Shown here: positions 1 through 12,375 of the stretch, in pieces | Layout: each line of letters starts with the position of its first letter | Position numbering within the stretch: position 1 is the stretch's first letter | From: an uncultured Nitrospinota bacterium | Lineage (GTDB): Bacteria; Tectomicrobia; Entotheonellia; J063; CAVPRW01 | NCBI GenBank assembly: GCA_963707985.1 | Contig: CAVPRW010000011.1 | Coordinates: forward strand, 97,632 to 161,631 | Direction: 5' to 3' | DNA length: 64,000 bases | The notes under the pieces: model-generated | Databases searched by the model: none | Told to the model about the DNA's origin: nothing | Seen by the model: the letters and a program-made list of their open reading frames with translations, nothing else | Program-made: the position numbers and the translations under genes

Positions 1-1166
1 ACGACGCTGGCATAGGCCAAGTCTGTGCTGCATTCACCGGCGTCGAAGCCATCGAGGTAGCCGGCCGCTGTGAGTAGTCGGCGGGCTTGACCGGGGTTGT
101 AGCCATAGGGCTCCAGAGGCAAGGCAAACTCAAACCGACGCGGGATAATCCCCCCGGTGAGCAAGGCATAGCCGAGCATCTCGGCGTCGTTGATGGCCGG
201 CCGGTTGATCGCGTAGTTCGCCGCCAGGCGCACCCGTATATCGGCCCAAGGCGACTGGAGGTTATACTGGTCCAGGAAAGCCATCCAATGTGTGGCCCCA
301 CCGAGTGCCGATTCGAGCTTCAGCTTGGGATCCAGGCGGACCTCTTCGGCCAGGGGGCCCAATAACCCATAGGCGACATCGGCTTCCCCTGTTTTGACCA
401 TTGCCAGGCGCGTGGTCGCGTCGGGCACACTCTTGAACACCAGGCGCTTCACATGTGGGACCTGGCGCCAGTAGTCCGGGTATGCTTCCAGCACCAGCTC
501 GACACCCGGTTGGTGGGCGATCAGCCGATAAGGCCCGAGGCCAACAGGTTGGTTTTTGAAGGCCTCGTCACCGATTGTCTCAACATATCTCCTGGGGACA
601 ATCCAGCCCGCGCCGGTCGCGTTCGTGCCGTAAAAGGTCATAAAGTCCGACCAGGGCTCATGCAGGCGAAAGCGCACATGGTGTGCGTTGACGATCTCCA
701 CGGACTGCACCCGCTTTTTCAGGTCTGCGCTGACAGCGCCCTTGTAGCGCTCGAAGCTGAACCGCACATCCTCAGCGGTAAACGGATCGCCGTTGTGAAA
801 TTTCACGCCCTGACGTAACTCAAAATCATACGTCAAGCCGTCCTCGCTCTCCCTCCACGCGGTGGCGAGACTGGGAAACATGGGATCGTCGGGCATCGGT
901 TTCAGCAAGGCATCATGGATGGCATACAGCACCATGTAAGGCGTGACCAGCGCCTGCGTCTCTGCAGGGTCAAACCAGGAGGGGACGATTGTGGTGTGGA
1001 TAGCCCAGGTCATCTGTCCGCTGGGCGCCTTTTGCTGCGCCGATGCGCTCCGGCGTTGCGGCCAACCTTGGTACCAGGCCACCAGGCCTGCGGCACCTCC
1101 GAGGGCGCTCCGCAGTAGGTGGCGGCGCGTCATGCCTGTGGCTAGCAGTGGATGATCATGTGTCAT
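1..1166 (-). CDS. ABC transporter substrate-binding protein, family 5 (peptide/nickel type), Tat signal; runs off window edge
   Basis: Manual translation: MTHDHPLLATGMTRRHLLRSALGG... (twin-Arg), ...PVGLGPYRL...LEAYPDYW...VRLAANYAINR...ARRLLTAAGY; AGGAGG RBS upstream. Absent from the ORF track because there is no stop in the window. Confidence 0.9.
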   Translation of the reverse strand, partial: MTHDHPLLATGMTRRHLLRSALGGAAGLVAWYQGWPQRRSASAQQKAPSGQMTWAIHTTIVPSWFDPAETQALVTPYMVLYAIHDALLKPMPDDPMFPSLATAWRESEDGLTYDFELRQGVKFHNGDPFTAEDVRFSFERYKGAVSADLKKRVQSVEIVNAHHVRFRLHEPWSDFMTFYGTNATGAGWIVPRRYVETIGDEAFKNQPVGLGPYRLIAHQPGVELVLEAYPDYWRQVPHVKRLVFKSVPDATTRLAMVKTGEADVAYGLLGPLAEEVRLDPKLKLESALGGATHWMAFLDQYNLQSPWADIRVRLAANYAINRPAINDAEMLGYALLTGGIIPRRFEFALPLEPYGYNPGQARRLLTAAGYLDGFDAGECSTDLAYASV

Positions 1167-1329
1167 ACGGGCCCTCCTATGGGTCGATCTGCAGTGCCGA
1201 GTGCACTTCTCTGCTCTCCACCCCAGCCATTTCGACCTTCGGCCCAGCAGAGCGTTTGATTGGCCGAGCGCCAGGCAGAGATCGCGAATCGGTATCGGCT
1301 CGCAACCGACGAACGCTATCAATGAGGTT

Positions 1330-1395
1330 AATATAGGCCTCGGCGCAGCATGAGACGTAAGGCGTGGATGAGGATTTCCTGAGGACCGCGTGAGC
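1330..1395 (-). promoter_or_regulatory. Candidate promoter of SBP gene with four 11-bp-phased direct repeats
   Basis: + strand TAAGG/TGAGG/TGAGG/TGAGC at 1358, 1369, 1380, 1391; minus-strand TATATT (-10-like) at 1335-1330. Confidence 0.5.
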
Positions 1396-1587
1396 ATTTT
1401 CTTGCCCATGAGAGCAGGCAGGGACAACCTTGACTAGACTTTGTGCAGCGAGCTTCGCTACTATAGCGTGACGATTCAGGTATCGATTTTCCCTGCAGGA
1501 CGACCCATCCCCCAGCTGGGAGTGGGATACACGTGCAAACCGTGTGGCGGTGGCATCCCGACACTTGATGCCGCGAGGGCCGCGCCG

Positions 1588-4500
1588 ATGATCTACCGCT
1601 TTGGCGACTACGAACTCGACACCCAACTCTTCGAGCTCCGCTGCGGCGGCCTACCGCTGCCACTTGAACCGAAAGTGTTTGATTTGCTCGCCCACCTGAT
1701 CCGCTATCGCGATCGCGTCGTGACCAAACCAGAGCTCTTGACCCTGCTCTGGCCGCAGCCAGTCCGTGAGCGATGCCGCGCTGAGCTACTGCGTCATGGC
1801 GGCGCGCAAAGCCGTCGGTGACAGCGGACATAGACAGCAGATCATCAAGACCCTGCATGAGCGCGGCTATCGTTTCGTCGCCGCGGTGGATGAGTGCCTC
1901 GAGCACAACACGAGGGATACTGGTGGCGTGGCGGACTCGTCGCGAAAAGGTGCTGGATCCGAGTCGCAGGCTGCCGACAGTCCTCTCGCTCTTGGGAGAA
2001 ACGTCGCCGAAAGCCATGGATCCGAGTCGTCTGAGGACGAAGCCTGGGAGCCGAAGCTCGTCACAGTGTTGACGATCGATGCAGCCTGGCCATCTGTGAC
2101 CCAGTGTGATCCCCTACCCGAGGTACCCTGGACAATTGTCAGGCGATGGCAACAAACCGTAGGCGAAAAGGTCCAGGAGTTCGGAGGACTGATTGTTCAG
2201 CAGGCGGCAGCGCCACTCATCGCCATATTTGGCATTCCACAGACCATTGAACAGATGCCGCAGCGTGCCGTGCAGGCCGCTCTTGGGCTCCGACAGTTGG
2301 TGGGAAACGGCCGTCTGCGTGACGCTGAAAGCCCAGGTCCGGAGATGCGCATGGCTATCCATACGGGCCACGTGCTGGTGGATGTCCGCGCGAGCGATCC
2401 CAGCGAAGCACTGCTCACGATCGGAGATACGCTGTCACGAGCGGTGCGCTTGCTCGGACATGCCGCACCGGGGGAGATCATACTGTCGCCCCAGGTTACG
2501 GGCTTGGTCGAGGGCTGGTTCGAGCTGCGCACATTAGAAGGACTGACAGAAACGGGCGGCTCTGACACCATTGGGGCCTCCGCCGTGGTCGGGTTGCGAC
2601 CGAGACGCTCAGCGCTGGAGGTCTACGGGAAACGACCTCTGAGTCGCTTCGTGGGACGGGTGCGGGAATTGGCAGAACTGCACCACCGCTTCAGCCAGGT
2701 AGAAAAAGGCCGGGGCAACATCGTCGGCATCGTCGGAGAGCCAGGTGTGGGCAAATCCCGACTGTGCTATGAGGTATCCATACGGCAGCGTGCGCGTCGC
2801 TGGCTCGTCCTCGAAACCAGCCCCGTCGCCTACGGCAAGGGGATCCCCTACCTCCCGGTCGTCGACCTGCTCAAAACCTACTTCCGGCTTGACCCCGGCG
2901 ACACGTCACGGACCATACACGGACAAGGTCATGACCAGGCTTCAGTCGCTGGATGAGGGGCTCCGGTCCATCGCGCCGCCCTTGTGCGCGCTCCTGGACC
3001 TGCCGGTGGAGGATGCCTCCTGGCAGACCCTCGACCCATCGCACCGCCGCCAGTTCACTCTGGACGCCCTCAAGAGCCTGCTGGTGCGAGAGAGCCAGGT
3101 GCAGCCTGTGCTCCTCATCGTCGAAAATCTGCATTGGATCGATACCGAGACCCAGGCGTTTCTGGATGGCCTGGTGAACAGCTTGCCGACCGCCCATCTC
3201 TTGCTTCTGGTGAATTACCGTCCCGAATACCAGCATAGCTGGGGCATGAAGCCCCACTATACTCCCCTGCGGCTCGACCCCCTGGGGCCAGAGCGCGCCG
3301 CTGAATTGCTGCGCTTCCTCATCGGGGAAGATGCCACCCTGGCGTCGCTCAGTCAGCACCTGATCGAGAAAACAGAGGGCAATCCCTTCTTTCTGGAGGA
3401 AAGCGTTCGCACCCTGGTCGAGGCTCAGGTCCTGGTAGGGACACCTGGGTCCTATCGCCTGACGCCACATACGGGGTCGGCCGCCCATGGCCGCCGTGGG
3501 GCGGGGAACTATCAGGGGTTGCCCCTGCCGATAGACATGCAAGTACCCGCCACCGTGCAGGCGGTGCTCGCGGCCCGCATCGACGCATTGGCGACCGAGG
3601 ACAAGCGCCTCCTCCAGATGGCCGCGGTGATCGGCGTCGAGGTGCCCTTTCCGCTACTACGTGCCCTTGCCGAACAGAATGACGAACAACTCCGGACGAG
3701 CCTGTCGCGCCTGCAAGGGGCCGAGTTCCTGTATGAGACAAGTCTCTTTCCAGAGCTGACCTACACCTTCAAGCATGCCCTCACCCACGAGGTAGCCTAC
3801 GGCACGCTGGTCCACGAGCGGAGGCGGACCCTGCATGCCCGCATCGTCGAGATCCTGGAGAGCCAGGCGGAGGGCCGACAGCACGAGCAGGTCGAACGTC
3901 TGGCTCACCATGCCTTACGGGGCCAGGCCTGGGAGAAGGTCGTGTACTATGCACACCGGGCCGGCACACGGGCGGGCGAGCGCTCCGCCTACGGCCCGGC
4001 GGGAGCATTCTTCGACCAGGCACTGGACGCCCTGGAGCATCTGCCCGAAAGCCATGAGACCAGGGCGCAGGCCTTCGATCTCTACAAGGCCCGCCAGCAA
4101 ATGCACGCGGCACGCAGGGAACTCGAGCCGCTCCTGGCGTGTAGCGAGAAGCTATTGTCGCTGGCCGAGTCCCTGGGGGATCAATACCGATTGGCCCTGG
4201 CGCTCACCTCCCTGGGCAATGCCTGGTCGCAGATGGGTGACAATGTCCGAGGCCTTGAGTTCACCGAGCGCGGGCTGGCACTTGCCGAGACGGTTGGCGC
4301 GGTGGATTTGCTGGTCCAGCTACGCGTTGATATGGGGATGCTCTGCCGAGCCATCGGGGACTACCGCCGCGGGGTCACGGTGCTCAGACAGGCTGTGAAG
4401 CTGCTGCGGGGTGATCTGGCCCGCGAGCGTCTGGGCCGGCCGCTCTATCCGGCGGTGACTGCTGGCTGGCATCTGGCGACCTGCCTGAGTGCGCTCGGCG

Positions 4501-5237
4501 ACTTCCGCCAGGCCTTCAGGGCCGCTGAGGAAGGTCTTCACGTCGCCAAAACCCTCCAGCAACCGGGTAATCTCCTCTTTGCCCATTTGAGTTACTGTGA
4601 ACCCCTCCTCCAGCAGGGTCAGTTCCATAACGCCGTATCATGGCTTGAGCGCGCCATGGCGCTGCATACGTCGGACCAAAGTGCCTGGTACCCTATGACG
4701 GCTGGTGCGCTGGGCTTTGCGTATGCCATGACGGGGCGATTGGCAGAGGCCCTGCCACTCCTTGAGCAGGCGGTGGAACGTGCTCAGCGTGTCGATCGGC
4801 GCCGGGAGACGCAGTGGCGGGCCTACCTGAGCGCCGCCTACCTCCGGGCCGGCCGATTCCATGATGCACACGCCATGGCCGAGCAGTTGCTGGCGCTCGG
4901 CCGTGAGCGGAGTGAGCGCAGCACCGAGGCCAGAGGTCGTCATCTCCTCGGTGAGATTGCGATGCACTGCGACCCCCTGCCTGCGAAGGAAGCTGAAGCT
5001 CACTACCGGCAAGCCCTCGCCGTGGCCGAGGAGCTCGGCATGCGCCCGCTGCAGGCACATTGCCATCATGGCCTCGGGAGCCACTATGCGAAGAGTGGCC
5101 AGCAAGCGCAGGCGCGGGTCACGCTCTCCACCGCTATCGGACTCTACCGCGCCATGGATATGATTTTCTGGTTGCCCCAGGCAGAGGCCACGCTGGCGCT
5201 GATCGGAGGGGAAAAGGGGACGGTGGGCTCGTTATGA
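1588..5237 (+). CDS. Winged-helix (OmpR/CadC-type) + degenerate nucleotide-cyclase-like + AAA ATPase + TPR regulator (two frameshifts, ~1760 and ~2920)
   Basis: MIYRFGDYELD...LEPKVFDLLAHLIRYRDRVVTKPELL; IIKTLHERGYRF; MRMAIHTG; Walker A GEPGVGKS; VENLHWID; TEGNPFFLEE; FKHALTHEVAY; helical C-terminus. Split across ORFs 1441-1821, 1766-2956, 2745-5237. Confidence 0.85.
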
Positions 5238-5382
5238 CTTTGTGACGCTTATACGGTTATCATGTTCCTGTGGATGTAGCAGTGCTATGGCGTATTCACG
5301 AGCATGCGGGAGGGGAGGCCATGGTGAAAAGATGCCATGGAAGCTGTACCATAATCTTCTTGTGGCACCGAAGGGCGACCTC

Positions 5383-5727
5383 ATGCAAAGTCCTGGCAGA
5401 CGCTGGATGATTCAAGACCGTGATGGTCATCCAATTTATCTAACAGAAGAGCGATGGCACCATATCATTGAGGCCAACAACCACCCAGAGATGGCAGACT
5501 ACGAGGACTATCTAAAGCAGACTATTCAGGGCGGTCGCCGACGTCAGGAGCCACTTAACCCGCGCAGGTATCGTTACGCCCTGCCATTCGACGAGTTGCC
5601 AGCTGGGTTCAACCATGTTGTGGGCATTGTCCTTTTTGGTTTTGATGTCAATGCTCAGGGTGAGACCGTACCGAACAACTTTATTGCCACGGCTTTTCTG
5701 AAGCACATGCGTCCGAGAGGTGGTTAA
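5383..5727 (+). CDS. Hypothetical protein, possible toxin partner of DUF2283 protein
   Basis: IYLTEERWHHI...HPEM N-terminus; 2 nt upstream of the DUF2283 gene. Confidence 0.55.
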   Translation: MQSPGRRWMIQDRDGHPIYLTEERWHHIIEANNHPEMADYEDYLKQTIQGGRRRQEPLNPRRYRYALPFDELPAGFNHVVGIVLFGFDVNAQGETVPNNFIATAFLKHMRPRGG

Positions 5728-5729
5728 AA

Positions 5730-6107
5730 ATGACACCCATGCCGTCCTACTCGTATGACAAGGAAGCGGATGTCTTGTACATTTCTTTTGCCTCTGGTGA
5801 GAAACCCACGGCAGCCGTGGAATTGAACGAGAATATCCTCCTGCGCTTTAACCTCGCTGAAAAGCGTGCCATTGGCTTGACACTGATGGATTTTTCGATA
5901 TTGGTGCAGATGACGCAGCTGGGGCCACGCAGCTTCCCCTTGACTGGTTTAAAAGACCTCGAGCCGGAATGGCGAGAGGCTGTGATCGAACTCATCACAC
6001 GGCCACCAATCAATCAAATCCTCCATGTTTCTAATTATATGCCATCGATAACTGAGGAGATCCCCATCACATCGGTCGAAAAGCCGCCTATTCCGATTAC
6101 CGTATGA
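5730..6107 (+). CDS. DUF2283 domain protein (putative antitoxin)
   Basis: YSYDKEADVLYISF...VELNENILLR...IGLTLMDFS. Confidence 0.75.
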   Translation: MTPMPSYSYDKEADVLYISFASGEKPTAAVELNENILLRFNLAEKRAIGLTLMDFSILVQMTQLGPRSFPLTGLKDLEPEWREAVIELITRPPINQILHVSNYMPSITEEIPITSVEKPPIPITV

Positions 6108-6472
6108 CGACAATACCCTTAGTGGCCAATGCGCACTCGCCCTACCATCGTACGGGAATTTGTCGATCTCACTGTGGTGCAGAAGAACCAGCGGCTTGGA
6201 TCTAATCTGCGTCTTATGTGGATACTTCGCACCTGGCACGGCATCGAATTGAATGGGTTTGACGCTCTGGGGTCTATCACTGCCCTTCAGGTCATAGCGT
6301 TTCATCAGTGACGCCGAAACTCAGATACATCTGCCATCCCCTGAGTGGCTATGCCGCTCAGCCATTCGGGTTATGCAACAAACATCGAAAGTATGCACAG
6401 GCAGCATGAGGGACAGCATACCGTGGGGGTGCTTCTTGTTGTGGTTTAATCGGAAAGAGGCCGTTCGAACAC

Positions 6473-9400
6473 ATGCGTTTCCTATCTGCGGGCCCTTCAA
6501 TACCTGACGAGTTACTGATCGCGCGAGACGAGGGCAGAGTTGTGTTCTTTTGTGGTGCCGGAGTTTCCCGTGCACGTGCAGGGCTGTCCGACTTTTTTGG
6601 ATTGGCTCAACGCGTCATTGACACCTTGGGAGTGACGGCCGACTCTCCCGCTTGGAAGATCATCGAGGAGGCGCGCGATATAGAGTTCAGAATGGGCGTG
6701 AGCGGGCTTATTTCTGCCGATCGAGTGTTCGGGATCCTCGAACGTGATTTTCTAGTTAGAGACATCGAAGGCGCTGTCGCGAAGGCCCTGAAGCCGAGCC
6801 CGGCGGCCGACCTTTCAGCACACCGGATGATGCTTGATTTGGCGAGGGATCCATACGAGAAAGTTCGATTAGTCACGACCAATTTCGATTGTCTCTTTGA
6901 GGCCTGCGATAGCACTCTCAAAAGTTGGCAACCCCCTCGATTGCCTGACCCCCAACGTTATGAAGAGTTTGAAGGAGTTATTCATCTTCACGGTCGCGCG
7001 AATGAAAGTTACACCGGAGCTGAAGGAGATGGTTTCGTCCTTTCCAGTTCGGAATTCGGTCGTGCCAATCTTTCCGATGGATGGGCTACGCAATTCATAC
7101 GATCGATCTTAGACAAATACGTCGTCGTATTCGTCGGATATACCGCCGATGATCCGCCCGTGCAGTATTTGCTTGAGGCATTACATCGCAGTCTAGGCTC
7201 ACGTGGTGGAGTGTATGCATTGCAGGCTGGCTTGATAAGCGATGCCCAAGCGCGATGGCTTCACAAAGGCGTTCAGCCTATCGCCTACGAAGAGGCCGAA
7301 GGCCATAAAGCATTATGGGAGACGTTGGCGGCATGGGCCGTGAGAGCAAGAGACCCCGGAGCATGGTACGAACGCACCATCGCCCTGGCTCGGAAAGGTC
7401 CGGAATCGCTGTTCCCCCACGAACGAGGGCAGGTCGCTCACGTCGTCTCTACGCGTGAAGGCATGCGAATATTCTCTGCTTCAGATGATCCGCCTCCGGC
7501 AGAGTGGCTGTGCGTCCTCGACCCGCTCATCCGATATTCCAAACCAGGCCGTCTGGGTGGTTTCGGTGAAGAAGGGCACTACTTCGACCCATTTGATGCC
7601 TATGGCCTGGACAGCGATCCCAGTCCACCCCCAATAGCATTGGATGACCCTTACATGGAGAGAAAGCTTCCCGACAACGTATGGGATTGTTTTGCATCGA
7701 CTCGACTCGATCGTCAAAACCTGCGTGACCAACATTTTTCGGCCTTGAGGGGTCCTTGGGCTGTGAATATGCCGAGTCTGCCAGCTCGTCTACAGCAGCT
7801 AGGCGTTTGCATACAGAAGGTGTCCGATCAGCCCGCGGCTGTGTGGTGGGCGTCCGGTCAGATTAGTCTTCACCCCGATGTTCAAGCTCAGATTCGGTTT
7901 GGATTGGAGCGGTCCAAGAAGAGAGGCTCGCCCGAGATCAGAAAAGCCTGGCGCTACCTTTTCGAAGCGTGGGAAACGCTAAAGCCCGATGTCAATCGGG
8001 GCTGGTTCCAACTGAAAGCGTCAATTGATTTCGATGGTTGGACAAATGCAGCAGTCAGAAGACTTGCTTCAATATATCGGCCTTATCTCACGGTGGAGCG
8101 CCCATTTGGCAGAAGACCAAAACCTCCAGAAATTAGGGACAATGTTTCCCTCAGAGAAATGGTGCAACTTGACGTGAAGTATCCAGACCTAAACGGCGAC
8201 GTTCAACTTCCTGATGAATATGTCGCAAGCGCTGTGCGCGAATTTCGCAAGAATCTGGAACACGCGGTGTCCCTGGAGAAAGAACTCGGCAGGTATGGAT
8301 TGCAGAACCTCTGCCCGATCGAGCCGGACCCAGATTTAGAAGGTGAATTTTCTGTGCGCGGATATGGTATTTCACCCCCTTTCCTGTCCTATGTACGTCT
8401 TTTCAAGACGCTCATTGCCAAAGATCCCGAAGCTGCACGACAGGAATACTTGGCATGGCGAATCGACGATGAGACGCTCTTTGCGCGCTTGAGAATATGG
8501 GCATGTGTAGAGCCGCGGATCGTCTCTGCCGCCGAGGCCGGACGTCTCATACGCCGTCTGAATGATCGCATCTTTTGGGATACCGGCCATCAAAGGGATT
8601 TATTGCTTGTTCTGGCGAAACGCTGGTCCGATTTCTCACCAGCCGTGCAAAAGCAACTTGGACGAAAGTTATTGGATGGGCCACCCCCTTGGGAGGGAGA
8701 AAAAGGTGCTGAGCATACACAGCGCCGTGCCGGGTCATCGCTCAATCGAATCCACTGGTTGAGCTCTCATGGCTGCGACTTCGATTTCGACATCAACATG
8801 GAAAGCGCCAGGCTTCGCGCGCTCGCGCCTCAATGGCAGCCGCAATACGCAGAGCATGCGGCCGCCTCCATGGAAGCTCGTAGCGGTGCGGTTGAAACGG
8901 ACATAGACCATGCGGCCCTCCTCGCGGTACCTTTAGCCGACGTCCTCAGCAGGGCTGCGGAGCTGAGCGGTCGCACGCATGGATGGTTTGTTGAAAGAAA
9001 TCCCTTTGCAGGGTTAGCATCACAACGCCCGGTCCATGCCTTCGCCGCTCTCACCAATGCCGCCAAGCGTAATGGTTATCCGGAGTGGGCGTGGAGAACC
9101 TTTTTGAATGCAGAAGCCCGAAAGTCGGATAAACCCAGGTTCTCCGCGCTCATCGCTGAACGGATTTCGAGGTTGCCCCCAGACACATTGGCCGAAATCA
9201 TGTTTCCAGTCTCCGAATGGCTGCTAGCTTCGAGCGCAGGCCTTCTGCAGGAATTTCCAACGTCATTTGAGCATGTGTGGGCAAAGGTGATTCCAGTACT
9301 GAGGTCTAGCCCCGAGTGTGCAAAGTCGTCCGGCTACCGCCGTAACAACGAACCAGATTGGGCCACCGAAGCTCTAAATTTGCCGGTTGGAAAGCTTGCA

Positions 9401-10313
9401 GAGGCTTTGATGAAAGACCCTCGAAAGAATAGTTTGGAGGCCGGAAAGGGGTTCCCGCTTCCCTGGCTAAGGCGGGTGGACGAGCTGCTTTCATTGGAAG
9501 GAGATCTTCGCCGCCACGCGCTTGTCATGTTTGCATTCAACCTGAATTGGTTTTTTGCAGTCGATCCTGGTTGGACTCAAAAACAAATCATAGCTGTATT
9601 GGATGAAGAGGGGGATGATCAGAGTGCCGTATGGGCAGGCTTTTTCTGGGCTTCTCAGTTCCCCCCCAGCTGGCCACTCTACCTGGCGCTCAAGCCTCGA
9701 TTGCTGAGACTCGACAACACGCCAATCTATGATCCAACGTCGTCATACCGAAGTTTTGGCGGCTCTGCTTCTATTCGGTTGGGGAAGTATGGATAGCACT
9801 ACGGGAGAACGATATGTGACGGATGCGGAGATGCGAGCCGCTCTAGTCAACGCAGATGACGCCTTCCGGTCACGGACACTATGGCAACTGAAGCAGGGGT
9901 CCTCAAAAGAGCACGAGGGGGACGGACACTGGAAGGCAAGAGTGCCCGTGTTTCTCTCCGCAGTGTGGCCGCGGCAGATCAAAGCCAAGAGCCCGAGGAT
10001 CACTGGGAGACTTTTGGATTTGGCATTCTCAGATGTGACCACCTTCGCAGAAATCGCCGACATCATTTTGCCTTTAGTCACGGAGAGTGATCGGGGACAT
10101 CTTTGGCTATCTAATCGGATGAAATCAGAAGGCAACGTGATTGATAAATTCCCAGCGAAGGTGTTGATGCTCCTATATGCTATTTTACCCGAAAATGTAG
10201 AAGTATGGCCCTATGACATTGAGGACGTGCTTGAAAGAATAGGGAGTGCGGATCTCTCTTTAGTAAAGGATCCGCGCCTCGTCGAATTGAAGCGTCGTTG
10301 GAATGCACGATGA
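6473..10313 (+). CDS. dsr1: Defence-associated sirtuin, Dsr1-like (SIR2 NADase N-terminus; frameshift ~9710)
   Basis: N-terminus GPSIPDELLIARDEGRVVFFCGAGVSRA; SIR2 motifs LVTTNFD, IHLHG, VFVGYTADDPPVQYLL; about 1280 aa after joining 6473-9796 with 9729-10313. Confidence 0.8.
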
Positions 10314-10363
10314 TCATGAATGTTAAATAGTCATATTTACTGGTAATTCAGGGGAGAAAGGCT

Positions 10364-11323
10364 ATGGCACACACCACACACGCACCTCAACAGACGTCCT
10401 CTGCCGTTGATGCAGAGCTAGCCGGCCCAGGATTTGACGCCCCCTGGCGCTGGCCTGAAGAGCGCTGGCGTCGGGCCGTGAACAGAGTGCGTGCCGGTCG
10501 GTCCCTGACGCCTGCGGCATGGCCGCATGGGAACCAAGTGGCAGTGGCACTATCATTTGACGTCGACCAGGAGACCGGCAGCCTGCGCGACGGTAGGACC
10601 TCTCCGGCGTTGCTGGCACAGGGTGAGTACGGCTCTCGCGCTGGTGTGCCGCGCATCTTGAAGCTTCTGGACCGCTATGCTATTCCGGCAAGCTTCTATA
10701 TCCCGGCCGTGTCGGCCCTGCTGCATCCGGATGACGTGCGCCACATCGCTGAGGCGGGCCATGAAGTGGGGCTGCATGGCTGGATTCATGAGCGCAATAG
10801 CAGTCTCCCGGAAGCCGACGAGCGCGAACTCACGCACCGCGCCGCTGCGGTGCTGGAGGAGCTCGCCGGCAAGCCACCGGTGGGACTGCGCACGGCGTCC
10901 TGGGATTTCAGCGAAGCGACGCTCAAAATCATCCGCGACATGCATTTGCTCTATGACTCCTCCCTGATGGGCGATGATGAGCCCTACGAGCTTCTGGAAG
11001 AGGGGGAGCCCACGGGCATCGTGGAGCTGCCGGTGGAATGGATCAAAGATGATTACCCGTACTTCAGCATGGACCGTCTGTCAAACATCCGGCCGCATAC
11101 CGCGCCGTCATTGGTGGGCGAGATCTGGCGGCGCGAGTTCGACGGCGCCTACGCCGAAGGGGGGCTATTTCTGCTCACCATGCACCCCCATATCATCGGC
11201 CATCGCTCGCGCCTGAGCGTCCTGGAGGAGCTGATCCAACACATCCGCTCCCGTGCCGGGGTCTGGTTCGCCACGCACGAGGATATCGCTCGCTACGTGA
11301 AAGTCCAGGCCTGTATGGATTGA
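10364..11323 (+). CDS. Polysaccharide deacetylase family (CE4, PuuE/PgdA-like)
   Basis: LSFDVD, GEYGSRAGVPRIL, HEVGLHGWIHE, YDSSLM, LTMHPHIIGHRSR. Confidence 0.9.
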   Translation: MAHTTHAPQQTSSAVDAELAGPGFDAPWRWPEERWRRAVNRVRAGRSLTPAAWPHGNQVAVALSFDVDQETGSLRDGRTSPALLAQGEYGSRAGVPRILKLLDRYAIPASFYIPAVSALLHPDDVRHIAEAGHEVGLHGWIHERNSSLPEADERELTHRAAAVLEELAGKPPVGLRTASWDFSEATLKIIRDMHLLYDSSLMGDDEPYELLEEGEPTGIVELPVEWIKDDYPYFSMDRLSNIRPHTAPSLVGEIWRREFDGAYAEGGLFLLTMHPHIIGHRSRLSVLEELIQHIRSRAGVWFATHEDIARYVKVQACMD

Positions 11324-11473
11324 AGGCCGTAAGAGCGACATCGATCGCATCGCTTGAATTTCATCGCCCGATGCCCCATACTCGTCGTCGCCGCGTGTCT
11401 TCACGACGAGATGTCCTGTGAACGTCTGCTCCGTGCTGCAGGTTGGAATCAACCATGACAGGGAGGACCACAC

Positions 11474-12196
11474 ATGCCGATCTTCAAGCGGGACGATGTC
11501 GAGCTGTACTACGAAGAGCATGGCTCGGGGTTCCCCATTTTGCTCATCGCGCCGGGAGGAATGCGCTCGGCAGCAACGTTCTGGGAACGAACCCCATGGA
11601 ATCCCATTGAGCAGCTGGCGCCGAACTATCGCGTGGTGGCGATGGATCAACGCAATGCCGGCCGCTCGGTGGCCCCTATTCGCGCCACAGATAGTTGGCA
11701 TGTATACACGGCAGATCATCTGGCGTTACTGGATTACCTGGGGATAGATCGTTGCCACGTCGCTGGCATGTGCATCGGTGGTCCATACATCATGGGCCTG
11801 ATTCAGACGGCACCGCAGCGCATTGCCTCGGCGGTGATCTTTCAGACCATCGGCCTGGACAACAATCGCCAGGCGTTTTACGAGATGTTTGACACCTGGG
11901 CCCAAGACCTGAAGCCGCGGCGCCCGGAGGTGAGCGAGGAGGCGTGGGAGTCGTTCAAACACGCCATGTACGATGGCGAGTTCCTCTTCAACGTCTCCCG
12001 TGAGTTTGTCTCTCACTGTCAAACGCCGATGTTGGTGTTGCTGGGTAACGATCTGCACCACCCGCAAGCCACGTCGCGAGAGTTGGCCGCACTGGCACCG
12101 AACGCCACCCTCATCGAACACTGGAAAGAGCCCGAGTACCACACGGCGGCGAAACAAGCCGTCGAGACCTTTTTAGCCCAGCACACACCGCGTTAA
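11474..12196 (+). CDS. Alpha/beta hydrolase
   Basis: LYYEEHGSGFPILLI, VAMDQRNAGRS, nucleophile elbow GMCIGG (Cys), GNDLHHP. Confidence 0.85.
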   Translation: MPIFKRDDVELYYEEHGSGFPILLIAPGGMRSAATFWERTPWNPIEQLAPNYRVVAMDQRNAGRSVAPIRATDSWHVYTADHLALLDYLGIDRCHVAGMCIGGPYIMGLIQTAPQRIASAVIFQTIGLDNNRQAFYEMFDTWAQDLKPRRPEVSEEAWESFKHAMYDGEFLFNVSREFVSHCQTPMLVLLGNDLHHPQATSRELAALAPNATLIEHWKEPEYHTAAKQAVETFLAQHTPR

Positions 12197-12375
12197 GGTC
12201 GCGCGCGCCTTATCCCCGGACCGCATCTCGCCGCAGACCCATGCGGGCATTCGTCGGTGAGGGGGAGCTATCGCGGCGTCTCTCCCCCCTGTCCTGCCTT
12301 GCTCCCATTCACCACAGGCGAGATAGCAGACAGCAGCGGGGGTGGACGTGTCGCCGACCTTCTTGCAGGATGGAA

